From positions 1 through 36,753 of the forward strand of contig WRGQ01000168.1 in the NCBI GenBank assembly GCA_009787115.1: DNA of 36,753 bases, given 5' to 3'. Each line of letters opens with the position of its first letter. The first letter of the stretch is position 1. This DNA is from Bacteroidota bacterium (GTDB taxonomy: Bacteria; Bacteroidota; Bacteroidia; Bacteroidales; WCHB1-69). The notes beneath the pieces were generated by a model. The model ran no database searches. It worked only from the letters and a program-made list of their open reading frames with translations, and was not told the origin of the DNA. Below, piece by piece: positions 19,302 to 28,561 of this stretch. The position numbers and the translations under genes are program-made.

Positions 19302-19772
19302 ATGCCTACCATAATTCGCCAAACTCCATCAGGATTAATTCCGAAAGAATTATTTACGGAAAAAAAAATTCAGGAGTATTGGAATGTTTTATGCCCCAAC
19401 CTGTTTTATGAGTCCATCAGAGTAGATGATTTAGGCGAGTTTTATTTACTCTATCCAACCCCCATTGATGCGGATACTATTCACGAAATTACCCTTATGT
19501 ATAAGAATATAAGAGAAAAATTTCCCTGCCAGACTGCTACTGTTTGTATAGATGTTTATGAAAACAATTTTAACTTGTTGGTGTTGAAAGATATGAATAT
19601 CACATTTGCCGGATATTTTAATTTTTCTGTAAGTGAAGATATTGTATATCATCTTACTAACGTTGCTCAACTTTTTTTTGATGACATTTCACAAATTAAC
19701 TTCTATTATACGCAATTATCTCGAAATATCCTGAGTTTTTTAAAAAAATATTTTAAGATGAATCAACTATGA
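19302..19772 (+). CDS. Short DUF3822-like protein
   Basis: LIP.ELF, 'N.F.LLV......FA.YF.F...EDIVY.L.NV.Q' pattern and gene context; 156 aa is shorter than I expect for the family. Confidence 0.5.
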   Translation: MPTIIRQTPSGLIPKELFTEKKIQEYWNVLCPNLFYESIRVDDLGEFYLLYPTPIDADTIHEITLMYKNIREKFPCQTATVCIDVYENNFNLLVLKDMNITFAGYFNFSVSEDIVYHLTNVAQLFFDDISQINFYYTQLSRNILSFLKKYFKMNQL

Positions 19773-19777
19773 TATTT

Positions 19778-20611
19778 ATGAAAAAAATAATTTTATTACT
19801 TATCCTCTTTCTTTCTACTGTAACGACTGCTTTCTCACAGGAATTTTTCTTACCCAATTCAAACTATGTGGATACTGCAACCTTTATGGTTTGGGCGTCT
19901 CCGAAATTTGCTGTGCACTTTCCTTTTGATAGTGGATATTTATCTTCAACATTCGGATATAACTATGTTGCAGGGTTGGATATTACAATAAAAACAAAAT
20001 CAAACTGGACAATAAGTTTGACTTTTGACTATATGTTTGGGAGCAAACTCAAAAAAAGCCCCAAAGATATTTTAGGGGGAATGTACTTTCTTCAACAAAA
20101 AATTAGTGGTAATGATACGACATATATTCCTGTGATATTCAACAGTGTCGGCAATAATAATGTAGTTTTGGGTTATGAAGGAAGATATTGGTCTTTTGGC
20201 ACTACTGTAGGAAAGATATTTTCTGTGGATCGTTGGAAGAACTCAGGGCTTTGGCTAAAATTAGGAGCAAGTTATTTCGGACATAAAATCCATTTTACCG
20301 ACCCTAATCACTTCTTTCCGCAAATTGACCAAAATTATGGCAAAGGTTACGACCAACGCTCTTCGGGAATAGCGCTGAACCAGTTCTTCGGATATCTTTT
20401 TTTGCAAAGAAGAAGAGTATTAAGTTTTTACATCGGTATTGAAGTATGGGAAATATTTTCCAAACCTGATAGAGGCTATATTTTTGCCGGCGACCTCAAA
20501 GGTACTACAGATAAATTGCCTCGACTATTTAGTGGTTTGGTAGGTGTTAAATTGGGATGGAATTTACCTTTTTATGAAAAAAAGCGCATTACTACTCTTT
20601 ATACTTATTAA
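19778..20611 (+). CDS. Exported hypothetical protein, probable outer-membrane beta-barrel (alternative start 19769)
   Basis: Signal peptide MKKIILLLILFLSTVTTAFSQ, amphipathic beta-strands, KGYD.R..G...NQF.GY motif, aromatic C-terminus. Confidence 0.65.
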   Translation: MKKIILLLILFLSTVTTAFSQEFFLPNSNYVDTATFMVWASPKFAVHFPFDSGYLSSTFGYNYVAGLDITIKTKSNWTISLTFDYMFGSKLKKSPKDILGGMYFLQQKISGNDTTYIPVIFNSVGNNNVVLGYEGRYWSFGTTVGKIFSVDRWKNSGLWLKLGASYFGHKIHFTDPNHFFPQIDQNYGKGYDQRSSGIALNQFFGYLFLQRRRVLSFYIGIEVWEIFSKPDRGYIFAGDLKGTTDKLPRLFSGLVGVKLGWNLPFYEKKRITTLYTY

Positions 20612-20614
20612 TTT

Positions 20615-21853
20615 ATGCGGGTTTTTTATTCGCTTTTTATTACAATCCATACCTGCTTAATAAAATCGGCTTCTCTCTTTTTTAAAAAAGCAAAATTATG
20701 GAGCAACGGGAGGAAAAAATTGTGGATTTCTTTAGAAGAAAAATGTCAGGGAAGAAATGATATTATTTGGTTTCACTGCGCCTCACTTGGCGAGTTTGAA
20801 CAGGGAAAACCTTTAATGGAAAAAATCAAACAGGATAAAAATGTTTCTCTTTTGGTCACTTTTTTCTCTCCTTCAGGTTTTGAAGTGAAAAAAGATGACC
20901 CTCTCGCAGACATTGTCACATATCTACCTGTTGATACCCCACAAAATGCCAAAAAATTTATCAGTATCGTAAAACCTCAAAAAGTTTTCTTTATTAAATA
21001 TGAAATTTGGTATAACTACATTATGGAACTTTCTAAAGCCGGTATTCCGTTTTACTATGTTTCCTCAATCTTTAGAGAAAATCAATATTTCTTTAAAGGT
21101 TATGGAAAATGGTTTTTGAAACAGTTGAAAAAATGCAACTGTTTCTTTGTCCAGAATGAAAATTCGGGAAAAATATTAAGGAAGCACGGAATTTCTAATG
21201 TTGTTGTTGCAGGAGATACCCGTTTTGACAGAGTCTATGCAATTGCACAATATCCATTTGAGTTAGAGTTTATTCCATTATTCAAAAAAGAAAAAAAAAT
21301 ATTGGTGGCGGGAAGTACGTGGATGCCGGATGAAAAACTGTTAGCCCAACTATTTCAAAAAATCAGTACCCAATACAAACTCATTATTGCGCCGCATGAA
21401 GTAGAAAAAAATCATATAGAACAAATTAAAAAATTGTTTCATTCCTTTTCAGTGGTTTGCTATTCTGAAAAAGAGACAAAAGATATTTCAAATGCAGAGA
21501 TATTAATTATTGATAGTATCGGACTGTTAAGCAAGATTTATAAATATGCTGATATTTCGTATATTGGTGGGGCTTTTAAAACGGGATTACATAATATTTT
21601 GGAAGCCGTCGTTTTTGAAAAACCTATCTTCTTTGGACCTGAATATCGGAAATTTAACGAAGCCGTAGAATTAGTAAATCACGGTGCCGCATTTTCTATC
21701 ACGTGCGCCAATGAAATGGCTCAGCAACTGCTCTTTTTTGAGAATAATCCTTCCTCTTATCAAACCACCTGCGACATTTGTAAAAACTACATCGCACAAA
21801 ATCTCGGCGCTACGGATAAAATTTTGAAATACATTATAATGGTTAGTGATTAA
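20615..21853 (+). CDS. waaA: 3-deoxy-D-manno-octulosonic acid (Kdo) transferase
   Basis: WFHCASLGEFEQG, TFFSPSG, YLP.DT, GDTRFDRV, AGSTW..DE, IAPHE, HNILEA. Confidence 0.93.
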   Translation: MRVFYSLFITIHTCLIKSASLFFKKAKLWSNGRKKLWISLEEKCQGRNDIIWFHCASLGEFEQGKPLMEKIKQDKNVSLLVTFFSPSGFEVKKDDPLADIVTYLPVDTPQNAKKFISIVKPQKVFFIKYEIWYNYIMELSKAGIPFYYVSSIFRENQYFFKGYGKWFLKQLKKCNCFFVQNENSGKILRKHGISNVVVAGDTRFDRVYAIAQYPFELEFIPLFKKEKKILVAGSTWMPDEKLLAQLFQKISTQYKLIIAPHEVEKNHIEQIKKLFHSFSVVCYSEKETKDISNAEILIIDSIGLLSKIYKYADISYIGGAFKTGLHNILEAVVFEKPIFFGPEYRKFNEAVELVNHGAAFSITCANEMAQQLLFFENNPSSYQTTCDICKNYIAQNLGATDKILKYIIMVSD

Positions 21854-22107
21854 TGATTAATTTCTATACTCACTCGTTACTATAGAGGCTAAATTAATAC
21901 TAAAATAACGTGGAGAAAAAAGGAAAAATGGGTATGCGCTATGTGAGGAAAAAAGGAAAAACAGGGCAAAATCATTAAATAAGCCTTCTTTTGCGGTAAA
22001 CCCAAAAAATAAAATATTTTTGCACCGCTAACGAATTACGAATTAAACCCTATAGTCACTTGTCACTCGTCAAAATAAACATTAATCACTAATCACTAAT
22101 CACTAAT
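21840..22107. repeat. Inverted heptamer arrays bracketing the waaA / acyltransferase spacer, plus other heptamer families
   Basis: TGGTTAG-TGATTAA-TGATTAAT (21840-21861) vs ATTAATCACTAATCACTAATCACTAAT (22081-22107); ACCGCTA-ACGAATT-ACGAATT (22024-22044); GTCACTT-GTCACTC-GTCA (22055-22072). Confidence 0.85.
21990..22022 (+). promoter_or_regulatory. Full Bacteroidota -33/-7 promoter for the acyltransferase-rimM operon
   Basis: TTTG (21990-21993), 21-nt spacer, TATTTTTG (22015-22022). Confidence 0.7.
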
Positions 22108-23859
22108 ATGCCCCTAATCACCCCTCAGGACATCCTGCGTCAATCCAATAAATTTAGAAGGTCTTTTTCTAAAGTGATGATGCATTTGTTGGGATTCAAT
22201 CAATTAAACGATTCGTATGCTGCAACGGCGGAGTATCTGGGGAACGATGTTACGGCGCATTATCTTTTTCAACATAATATTAAATATGTAGTTGATGAAA
22301 CAAATTTGAAGAATATTCCTGAAAAGGGGAGTTGTGTCTTTATTTGCAACCACCCCACAGGTATGTTAGATGGCATTGTGCTTATAGATTTAATTTCGCG
22401 TATTCGCCCGGACGTTAAGTTCTTAGGGAATTTTCTTTTGGGAAGAATGGACGTTTTGAGTAATTTTTTTATTGAAGTTGACCCCTTTGACGCTCAAAAC
22501 GCTCAAAATATTAAAGGAATAAAAGTAGCGTTGCAGCACGTGAAAGCGGGGAATTGTTTGGCAATGTTCCCCGCTGGAGAAGTCTCAACGGTGCACGGAC
22601 TCAGAATTCAGGATAAAAAATGGCCCAACTCTATGATGAAATTTATTCGCAAAGTTCGTGTGCCGATTGTTCCTATGTTTATGTCCGGAAAAAACTCGCT
22701 CTCTTTTCATATTTTGGGATTTCTTCATCCACTTCTGCGTACTATACAGTTGGTGCGACAATTTAACAGAAAAGACAATACTATCGTAAAAGTTGCGATT
22801 GGTGCACCTATTTTGCCTGTTCGCACGGCTTCTCTTAATGAAAAAGAGTATGCCGATTTTGTACGAATGAACGTGGATTTGCTCCGCAAAACACTCACAA
22901 AAAAAACAGATACCCCGAAAGCCACTAACATTGTGAGCGCTCCTATTGCACAGTCTCAAAATAAAGATATTATTACAGAGGAAATCAATCGTTTAGCGGA
23001 AAATCATACGCTTTTTCGGCAAGGTCCTTTTACATTGTTGTTTGCACATCCAAACGAGTTAAAATATGTGATGGAAGAGATTGGACGACTGCGCGAAATT
23101 ACATTCAGAGAAGTAGGCGAAGGCACGAACAAAGAATTGGATATTGACAAATATGATGCCTATTACCACCAACTCTTTATCTGGGATCACGAACAGGAAA
23201 CCATTGTAGGCGCATACCGTATTGGAATGGGCGAAGAGATTATTACAAGATATGGAAGAACAGGATTTTATACAAATTCTATTTTTAAATTGGGAAAACC
23301 CCTTAATCCTGTGCTCCATAAAACGGTGGAATTAGGTCGTTCGTTTATCATCAAACCCTATCAGGGAAACTCTGTTGCCCTTATGTTACTTTGGAAAGGA
23401 ATTTTGCAGGTTTTAATACAAAACGATGCCTATCGCTATCTGTTAGGTCCTGTTTCTATCTCAAATGATTATTCAGACATATCTAAAACATTGATAGAGA
23501 GATATATCAAAAAACATCATTTCGACTATTATCACAGTAAATTTGTTACCCCAATCAAAGAATTACCCAAAGAAAAGTTTAGTTTCGTGAAAAGTTATTT
23601 AAAAGATGTTAATAGTTTGGAACTTTTGGATAAACTGATTATAGATTTGGAGAATAAACAGCGCGGACTGCCTGTTTTGGTAAAACGTTATTTGCAACTG
23701 AATGCCAAAGTACTGGCATTTAATATTGATGTGGATTTTAACGATTGTTTGGACGGGTTGATATTATTAGATTTAAAAGATGTTCCCGAAAAAACCTTAA
23801 AAATGCTCTCTAAAGATATGAATATTAATGTGGTAGAAAGATTTAAAACCTTAGAATAA
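22108..23859 (+). CDS. Bifunctional PlsC-type O-acyltransferase + GNAT N-acyltransferase (OlsF-like aminolipid synthase; often annotated 'hemolysin')
   Basis: N-half NHPTGMLDG (HX4D) and FPAGEVS; C-half EIGRLREITFR.VGEG, D.D.YD.YY, GAYR, ELGRSF, LLWKGI, LGPVSIS, FNID..F.DCLDG. Confidence 0.85.
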   Translation: MPLITPQDILRQSNKFRRSFSKVMMHLLGFNQLNDSYAATAEYLGNDVTAHYLFQHNIKYVVDETNLKNIPEKGSCVFICNHPTGMLDGIVLIDLISRIRPDVKFLGNFLLGRMDVLSNFFIEVDPFDAQNAQNIKGIKVALQHVKAGNCLAMFPAGEVSTVHGLRIQDKKWPNSMMKFIRKVRVPIVPMFMSGKNSLSFHILGFLHPLLRTIQLVRQFNRKDNTIVKVAIGAPILPVRTASLNEKEYADFVRMNVDLLRKTLTKKTDTPKATNIVSAPIAQSQNKDIITEEINRLAENHTLFRQGPFTLLFAHPNELKYVMEEIGRLREITFREVGEGTNKELDIDKYDAYYHQLFIWDHEQETIVGAYRIGMGEEIITRYGRTGFYTNSIFKLGKPLNPVLHKTVELGRSFIIKPYQGNSVALMLLWKGILQVLIQNDAYRYLLGPVSISNDYSDISKTLIERYIKKHHFDYYHSKFVTPIKELPKEKFSFVKSYLKDVNSLELLDKLIIDLENKQRGLPVLVKRYLQLNAKVLAFNIDVDFNDCLDGLILLDLKDVPEKTLKMLSKDMNINVVERFKTLE

Positions 23860-23860
23860 A

Positions 23861-24376
23861 ATGAACGATTATTTTTATTTGGGAGTAGTAACCAAGACCT
23901 TCGGGTATAAAGGGCAAGTGGTGATTTACTTAGATACAGACGAGCCTGAAAAGTACAAAATGTTAGAGGCTGTGTTTGTGAAAGATGATGATGATTTTTT
24001 GCCTTATATCATTGAAGATTTTATTTACAAAGGCGTCAATCAGGCTATTGTAAAATTTACCGATGTGGATGGGGAAGCCGCCAAGAGTTTGGTAAAATCG
24101 GAACTCTATTTGCCGCTCAGTTTTTTACCGCCTTTAACGGGAAATCAATTCTATTTTCACGAAGTAATCGGTTTCGATGTGATAGACAAAGAGAAAGGCA
24201 ATATCGGCAAATGTGTTGATTTTATGGAGATCAGTCGTCAGTCTATCATGCAAATAGATTTTAACGGCAAAGAGATTTTAATACCGGCAGTGGATGAGAT
24301 TTTTGAGACAGTGGACAGAGAAAATAAAACGATTACCATTTCAGCGCCGGAAGGGTTGATTGAGGTTTATTTATGA
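23861..24376 (+). CDS. rimM: 16S rRNA processing protein RimM
   Basis: G...KT.GYKG.V, LPPL....FYFHEVIGF.V, EILIP, PEGL. Confidence 0.92.
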   Translation: MNDYFYLGVVTKTFGYKGQVVIYLDTDEPEKYKMLEAVFVKDDDDFLPYIIEDFIYKGVNQAIVKFTDVDGEAAKSLVKSELYLPLSFLPPLTGNQFYFHEVIGFDVIDKEKGNIGKCVDFMEISRQSIMQIDFNGKEILIPAVDEIFETVDRENKTITISAPEGLIEVYL

Positions 24377-25654
24377 CATCAACCCCTCAATATCTGTCAT
24401 CTCAATCGGGACTTCAGCAAAGAGGTCTATGGGTTTTTCTCCTACTACTACATCTGTTTCGAGGCGTACGCCAATCCCTTCTTCTGCGATGTAAATTCCC
24501 GGTTCGCAACTCAGTACCATACCGGGTTGAAAAACCACTTCGCGCTGCCCTACATCGTGAACATCCAAGCCAATAAAGTGGCTGGTATTGTGCATATAGT
24601 ATTTCTTAAACAGTGGTTTATCTTTCGGTTGGTTTTTCACATCTTCTTCGGAAAAGAGTCCCAACTTAATCATCTCTTCCTCCATACGTTTAAACACGTA
24701 GTCGTTAATTTTATGGATGGTCATTCCGGGCTTAAAGAGCGGTATCGTTTCTTTATAAATATCTAAAACAGATTGATATACTTGTTTTTGTCTGGGAGAG
24801 AATTTTCCATTTACAGGTACGGTGCGTGTAATATCGGCAGCGTAGTTGGCGTATTCGGCGCCAAAATCCATAAGGAGCAGGTCGCCGGCTTGCATTTTTT
24901 TATCATTCTTAATATAATGCAAAATACAGGTATCTGCGCCTGCTGCTACAATGGGAGCAAAGGAGTGTCCGGTGGCGCCACTTTTTGTCATTTCGTAAAT
25001 CAGTTCCGCTTCAATTTCATATTCGTACATATCCGGTTTAATGGCTTTTACGGCACGCAGGAAAGCCTTGTGCGTAATTTCACAGGCTTTGCGGAGCGCC
25101 TTAAACTCTTCCGCACGTTTTACCATACGCGGCGGATATAAAACAGGTGCTAATCGTTTGTAATTATGTAATGGATATTCTTTTTTCAATTTTTCGATGA
25201 GGCGAAACTCTTGTGTTGGATGCGTAACCTTATTGCGCGGGTTTTCCGGAAAATGCAGATAAATATTTTGTGAATTGACCATTACATCGTGCAAAACGCC
25301 CTCCAAACTTTCTACAAACATTACATTTTTAATTCCTGATATTTCAGTGGCTTGCTCTTTGGTAAGACGGTGTCCGTACCAAACTACCATTTCCGGCGAA
25401 GGGTTTTTAATAAACAGAATTTCGCGGTATTCGGGATTATGATGCCAGGGGGCAATGATTAACGTAGTCTCTTCCTGGTCAATGCCGCAAAGGTAGAGCA
25501 GTTCGGCGTTTTGTTTAAAAGGGAAAGTGGTGTCGCCGGAGCGTGGATACTCGTCGTGGGAAGTAAGAATGGCAACGGAGTTTTGTTCCATTTCGCCTAC
25601 CACATTTTGGCGGTTGGTGATGTAAAAATCGGGGTGTAAAGGAGTATATTTCAT
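24371..25654 (-). CDS. pepP: Xaa-Pro aminopeptidase (M24B)
   Basis: LHY, D.GAEY.NYAADITRT, H..SHFIGLDVHD, EPGIY, GVRLE.D metal ligands. Start at 25654 is supported by TATCTTTG at 25673-25680 (-). Confidence 0.9.
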   Translation of the reverse strand: MKYTPLHPDFYITNRQNVVGEMEQNSVAILTSHDEYPRSGDTTFPFKQNAELLYLCGIDQEETTLIIAPWHHNPEYREILFIKNPSPEMVVWYGHRLTKEQATEISGIKNVMFVESLEGVLHDVMVNSQNIYLHFPENPRNKVTHPTQEFRLIEKLKKEYPLHNYKRLAPVLYPPRMVKRAEEFKALRKACEITHKAFLRAVKAIKPDMYEYEIEAELIYEMTKSGATGHSFAPIVAAGADTCILHYIKNDKKMQAGDLLLMDFGAEYANYAADITRTVPVNGKFSPRQKQVYQSVLDIYKETIPLFKPGMTIHKINDYVFKRMEEEMIKLGLFSEEDVKNQPKDKPLFKKYYMHNTSHFIGLDVHDVGQREVVFQPGMVLSCEPGIYIAEEGIGVRLETDVVVGEKPIDLFAEVPIEMTDIEGLMS

Positions 25655-25717
25655 TTTTAAGGATTTTGGGGGCAAAGATATGTTAAAAATAAACACAACA
25701 ATACTACTCCTTAAACT

Positions 25718-28561
25718 CTAAATTTTCCCTTCCAAAAACTTTCCCGTGTAAGAGCGTTCGCATTTTATAAGTTCTTCCGGCGTTCCTTCAAATACGAGAT
25801 ACCCGCCTTTATCGCCCCCTTCTGGTCCTAAATCTATCACCCAGTCGGCACACTTGATTAATTCGGGATTGTGTTCTATAACAATGATAGAGTGTCCTAT
25901 CTCAATGAGTTTGTTGAACGAATGATATAAATTGTTAATATCGTGGAAATGAAGCCCTGTAGTGGGTTCGTCAAAGATGAAAAGATGATTTTTTTGGGTA
26001 TTTCCATGGCACAGGTAGAATGCCAATTTTACACGCTGTGCTTCGCCACCGGACAAAGTAGATGAGGATTGTCCCATTTTCAGATACCCTAATCCCACCT
26101 CTTGTAACGGCGCAAGTTTGTGAATGATGGAAGAAACTGTTTTAGAAACAGGCAACGACTCGAAAAACTCACGCGCTTGATTGATAGTCATCTGCAATAC
26201 ATCCGCAATAGAAATATTGTTGATTTTTACATCTAATGCTTCATCTTTAAAACGTGTTCCGTTGCAGTCGGTACATACCAAATCCACATCAGCCATAAAC
26301 TGCATTTCAACGTGAATAACGCCTTCTCCTTCGCACGTTTCGCAGCGACCGCCCGGCACATTGAAAGAGAAAAAACCGGGTTTATAGTTACGCTGTTTTG
26401 CTAACGGTTGCTGCGCATAGAGTTCTCTAATATCGTCATATACTTTGATATAGGTAGCAGGATTTGACCTTGAAGAACGCCCGATAGGATTTTGATCCAC
26501 TAAAATGACCTCTGAAATAGTTTCTTTAGAAAGATGCAGATTAGCAACGTCGTTTAGTTCTTCTCCTGCAATATATTGTAATTTTTTTTGCATTAAAGGA
26601 TAAAGTACCTCTTTTATCAGCGTACTTTTTCCCGATCCGCTTACGCCTGTTATCACCGTAAAAATATCGAGCGGAAATTTCACGGTAATATTTTTTAGAT
26701 TATGCACGGAAGCATTTTTAACTTCCACATAATTATGCCATTTGCGTCTGTGTTTCGGCAACGGAATAGAAAGTACATTTTTTGCCACTTTCTCCTCAAA
26801 TTCGTAATTCGTAATTCGTAATTCGTAATTCATGCCACGCAGGTAAGCGGCTGTTAAATTATCAGGTGTTTTCAACAGATTATCAAAAGTTCCGGTAAAA
26901 ACTATTTTTCCACCCAAACGACCTGCTTTTGGACCGATGTCAATAATATAGTCGGCGCTACGGATAATCTCTTCGTCGTGTTCAACAACAATGACGGTGT
27001 TACCGATGTCGCGCAAACGTTTCAGCACGCGAATTAAGTTCTGCGTATCTCGCGGGTGCAACCCAATGCTGGGCTCATCCAAAATGTAGAGCGAGCCTAC
27101 CAGACTGCTGCCCAGCGAGGTGGCTAAGTTAATGCGTTGCGATTCGCCACCTGACAACGTTTTGCTTAAACGATTCAGCGTTAAATAACCCAACCCGACA
27201 TCTAACAGGAAGCGCAAACGGTTTTCCAATTCCTTTACTAATTGTCGGGCAATCTGTTTTTCATGTTCCGAACTATATTGAAAATTTGCAAAAAACCGAT
27301 ATGCTTCTTCAATAGATATTAGTGTCAAATCGGAAATAGATTTTTCTTGAATTTTCACGTAATTGGCGTCTTTTCTAATGCGGGTGCCTTTACATTTGGG
27401 ACAGAGCGTTCTCCCCCTGTAACGCGCTATCAATACGCGGTTTTGCACTTTATATCCTTCATCTTCCAACATTTTAAAAAATGGAAGTACTCCAATAACT
27501 TCTTCATTTCCATTCCACAACAAGTCAAACTGTTCTTCCGTAAGATCTTCAACAGGACGATGTATCGGGAAGTTGTATTTTGCGCTTTTGTGAATGAAGA
27601 GGTTTTTGAAGTTTTGCAGTTTTTCGCCACGCCAACATACTACCGCATCATTAAACAACGATTTAGAGCGGTCGGGAATAGTCAGTTCGGGAGAAACGCC
27701 GTCCACAAAGCCTGTTCCGCCACAAACCGGACACGCGCCGTAGGGATTGTTGAAACTAAAAAACAGAGGCGACGGCTCTTCAAACGCGATGCCGTCCATT
27801 TCAAACAGATTGCTAAAAGAACGTTGTGTAATTTTGTCGTTCTCTGTTTGCACAATAGTTTCTCCCTTACCCTCCTGAAATGCGGTTTGAATAGAATCTG
27901 CGAGCCGCATCTTTTGCTCCTGAATATTTTCCGATTTAAAACGGTCAATGAGAAGTTGCAAATTGTCACTTTTCGCAATATTTTTTCTATTCAGCATTTC
28001 GTCAATATCGCACAACTTCCGGTTCAGCATCATACGGCTGAAGCCTTGCATTTTCAATATTTCCAGTTGTTGGAGCGGAGTTCTGTCGGGTGCAATTTTA
28101 AAAGGCGCAAGGATGTAGATAAGGCTGCCCGCCGGCGCTCTTTCAATATATTGAATAACATCTTGAATATTTTCCCGCTTTACTTCTTTCCCGCTTACGG
28201 GTGAAAACGTTTTGCCGATACGGGCGAAAAGCAGTTTCAGATATTCGTAAATTTCTGTGGCAGTTCCCACCGTAGAGCGCGGATTTCTTGAAATAACGCG
28301 CTGCTCAATAGCAATAGCAGGCGGGATACCTTTGATATACTCTACTTCCGGTTTGGAGAGTTTGCCCATAAACTGCCGCGCATAGGAACTTAAACTTTCC
28401 ACATAGCGCCGCTGCCCTTCCGCGTACAGCGTATCAAATGCCAATGAGGATTTTCCTGATCCCGAAAGCCCTGTGATAACTACAAGTTGATTTCTGGGAA
28501 TGGAAACATCTATATTTTGAAGGTTGTTGGCACGTGCGCCTTTTATTTCAATATAGGGCAT
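25718..28561 (-). CDS. uvrA: Excinuclease ABC subunit A
   Basis: TGLSGSGKSSLAFDTLYAEGQRRYVESLS, CxxC zinc fingers, LSGGESQRI.LA, second Walker A GVSGSGKSTL, LSGGEAQRVKLA, DEPTTGLH. Confidence 0.96.
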   Translation of the reverse strand: MPYIEIKGARANNLQNIDVSIPRNQLVVITGLSGSGKSSLAFDTLYAEGQRRYVESLSSYARQFMGKLSKPEVEYIKGIPPAIAIEQRVISRNPRSTVGTATEIYEYLKLLFARIGKTFSPVSGKEVKRENIQDVIQYIERAPAGSLIYILAPFKIAPDRTPLQQLEILKMQGFSRMMLNRKLCDIDEMLNRKNIAKSDNLQLLIDRFKSENIQEQKMRLADSIQTAFQEGKGETIVQTENDKITQRSFSNLFEMDGIAFEEPSPLFFSFNNPYGACPVCGGTGFVDGVSPELTIPDRSKSLFNDAVVCWRGEKLQNFKNLFIHKSAKYNFPIHRPVEDLTEEQFDLLWNGNEEVIGVLPFFKMLEDEGYKVQNRVLIARYRGRTLCPKCKGTRIRKDANYVKIQEKSISDLTLISIEEAYRFFANFQYSSEHEKQIARQLVKELENRLRFLLDVGLGYLTLNRLSKTLSGGESQRINLATSLGSSLVGSLYILDEPSIGLHPRDTQNLIRVLKRLRDIGNTVIVVEHDEEIIRSADYIIDIGPKAGRLGGKIVFTGTFDNLLKTPDNLTAAYLRGMNYELRITNYEFEEKVAKNVLSIPLPKHRRKWHNYVEVKNASVHNLKNITVKFPLDIFTVITGVSGSGKSTLIKEVLYPLMQKKLQYIAGEELNDVANLHLSKETISEVILVDQNPIGRSSRSNPATYIKVYDDIRELYAQQPLAKQRNYKPGFFSFNVPGGRCETCEGEGVIHVEMQFMADVDLVCTDCNGTRFKDEALDVKINNISIADVLQMTINQAREFFESLPVSKTVSSIIHKLAPLQEVGLGYLKMGQSSSTLSGGEAQRVKLAFYLCHGNTQKNHLFIFDEPTTGLHFHDINNLYHSFNKLIEIGHSIIVIEHNPELIKCADWVIDLGPEGGDKGGYLVFEGTPEELIKCERSYTGKFLEGKI
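26799..26831 (-). repeat. (AATTCGT)x4.7 heptamer array inside uvrA, translated as NYELRITNYEF
   Basis: Four exact AATTCGT units (26799-26826) plus AATTC; reading frame stays open. Confidence 0.95.

Noticed and set aside
25655-25696. ORF-track N-terminal extension of the aminopeptidase
   Set aside because: It contains the -7 promoter element; ATG 25654 fits better.
27347-28204. 285-aa + strand ORF
   Set aside because: Entirely antisense to uvrA with no recognisable motifs; shadow ORF. The same applies to the many 60-150 aa ORFs nested in or antisense to the called genes.
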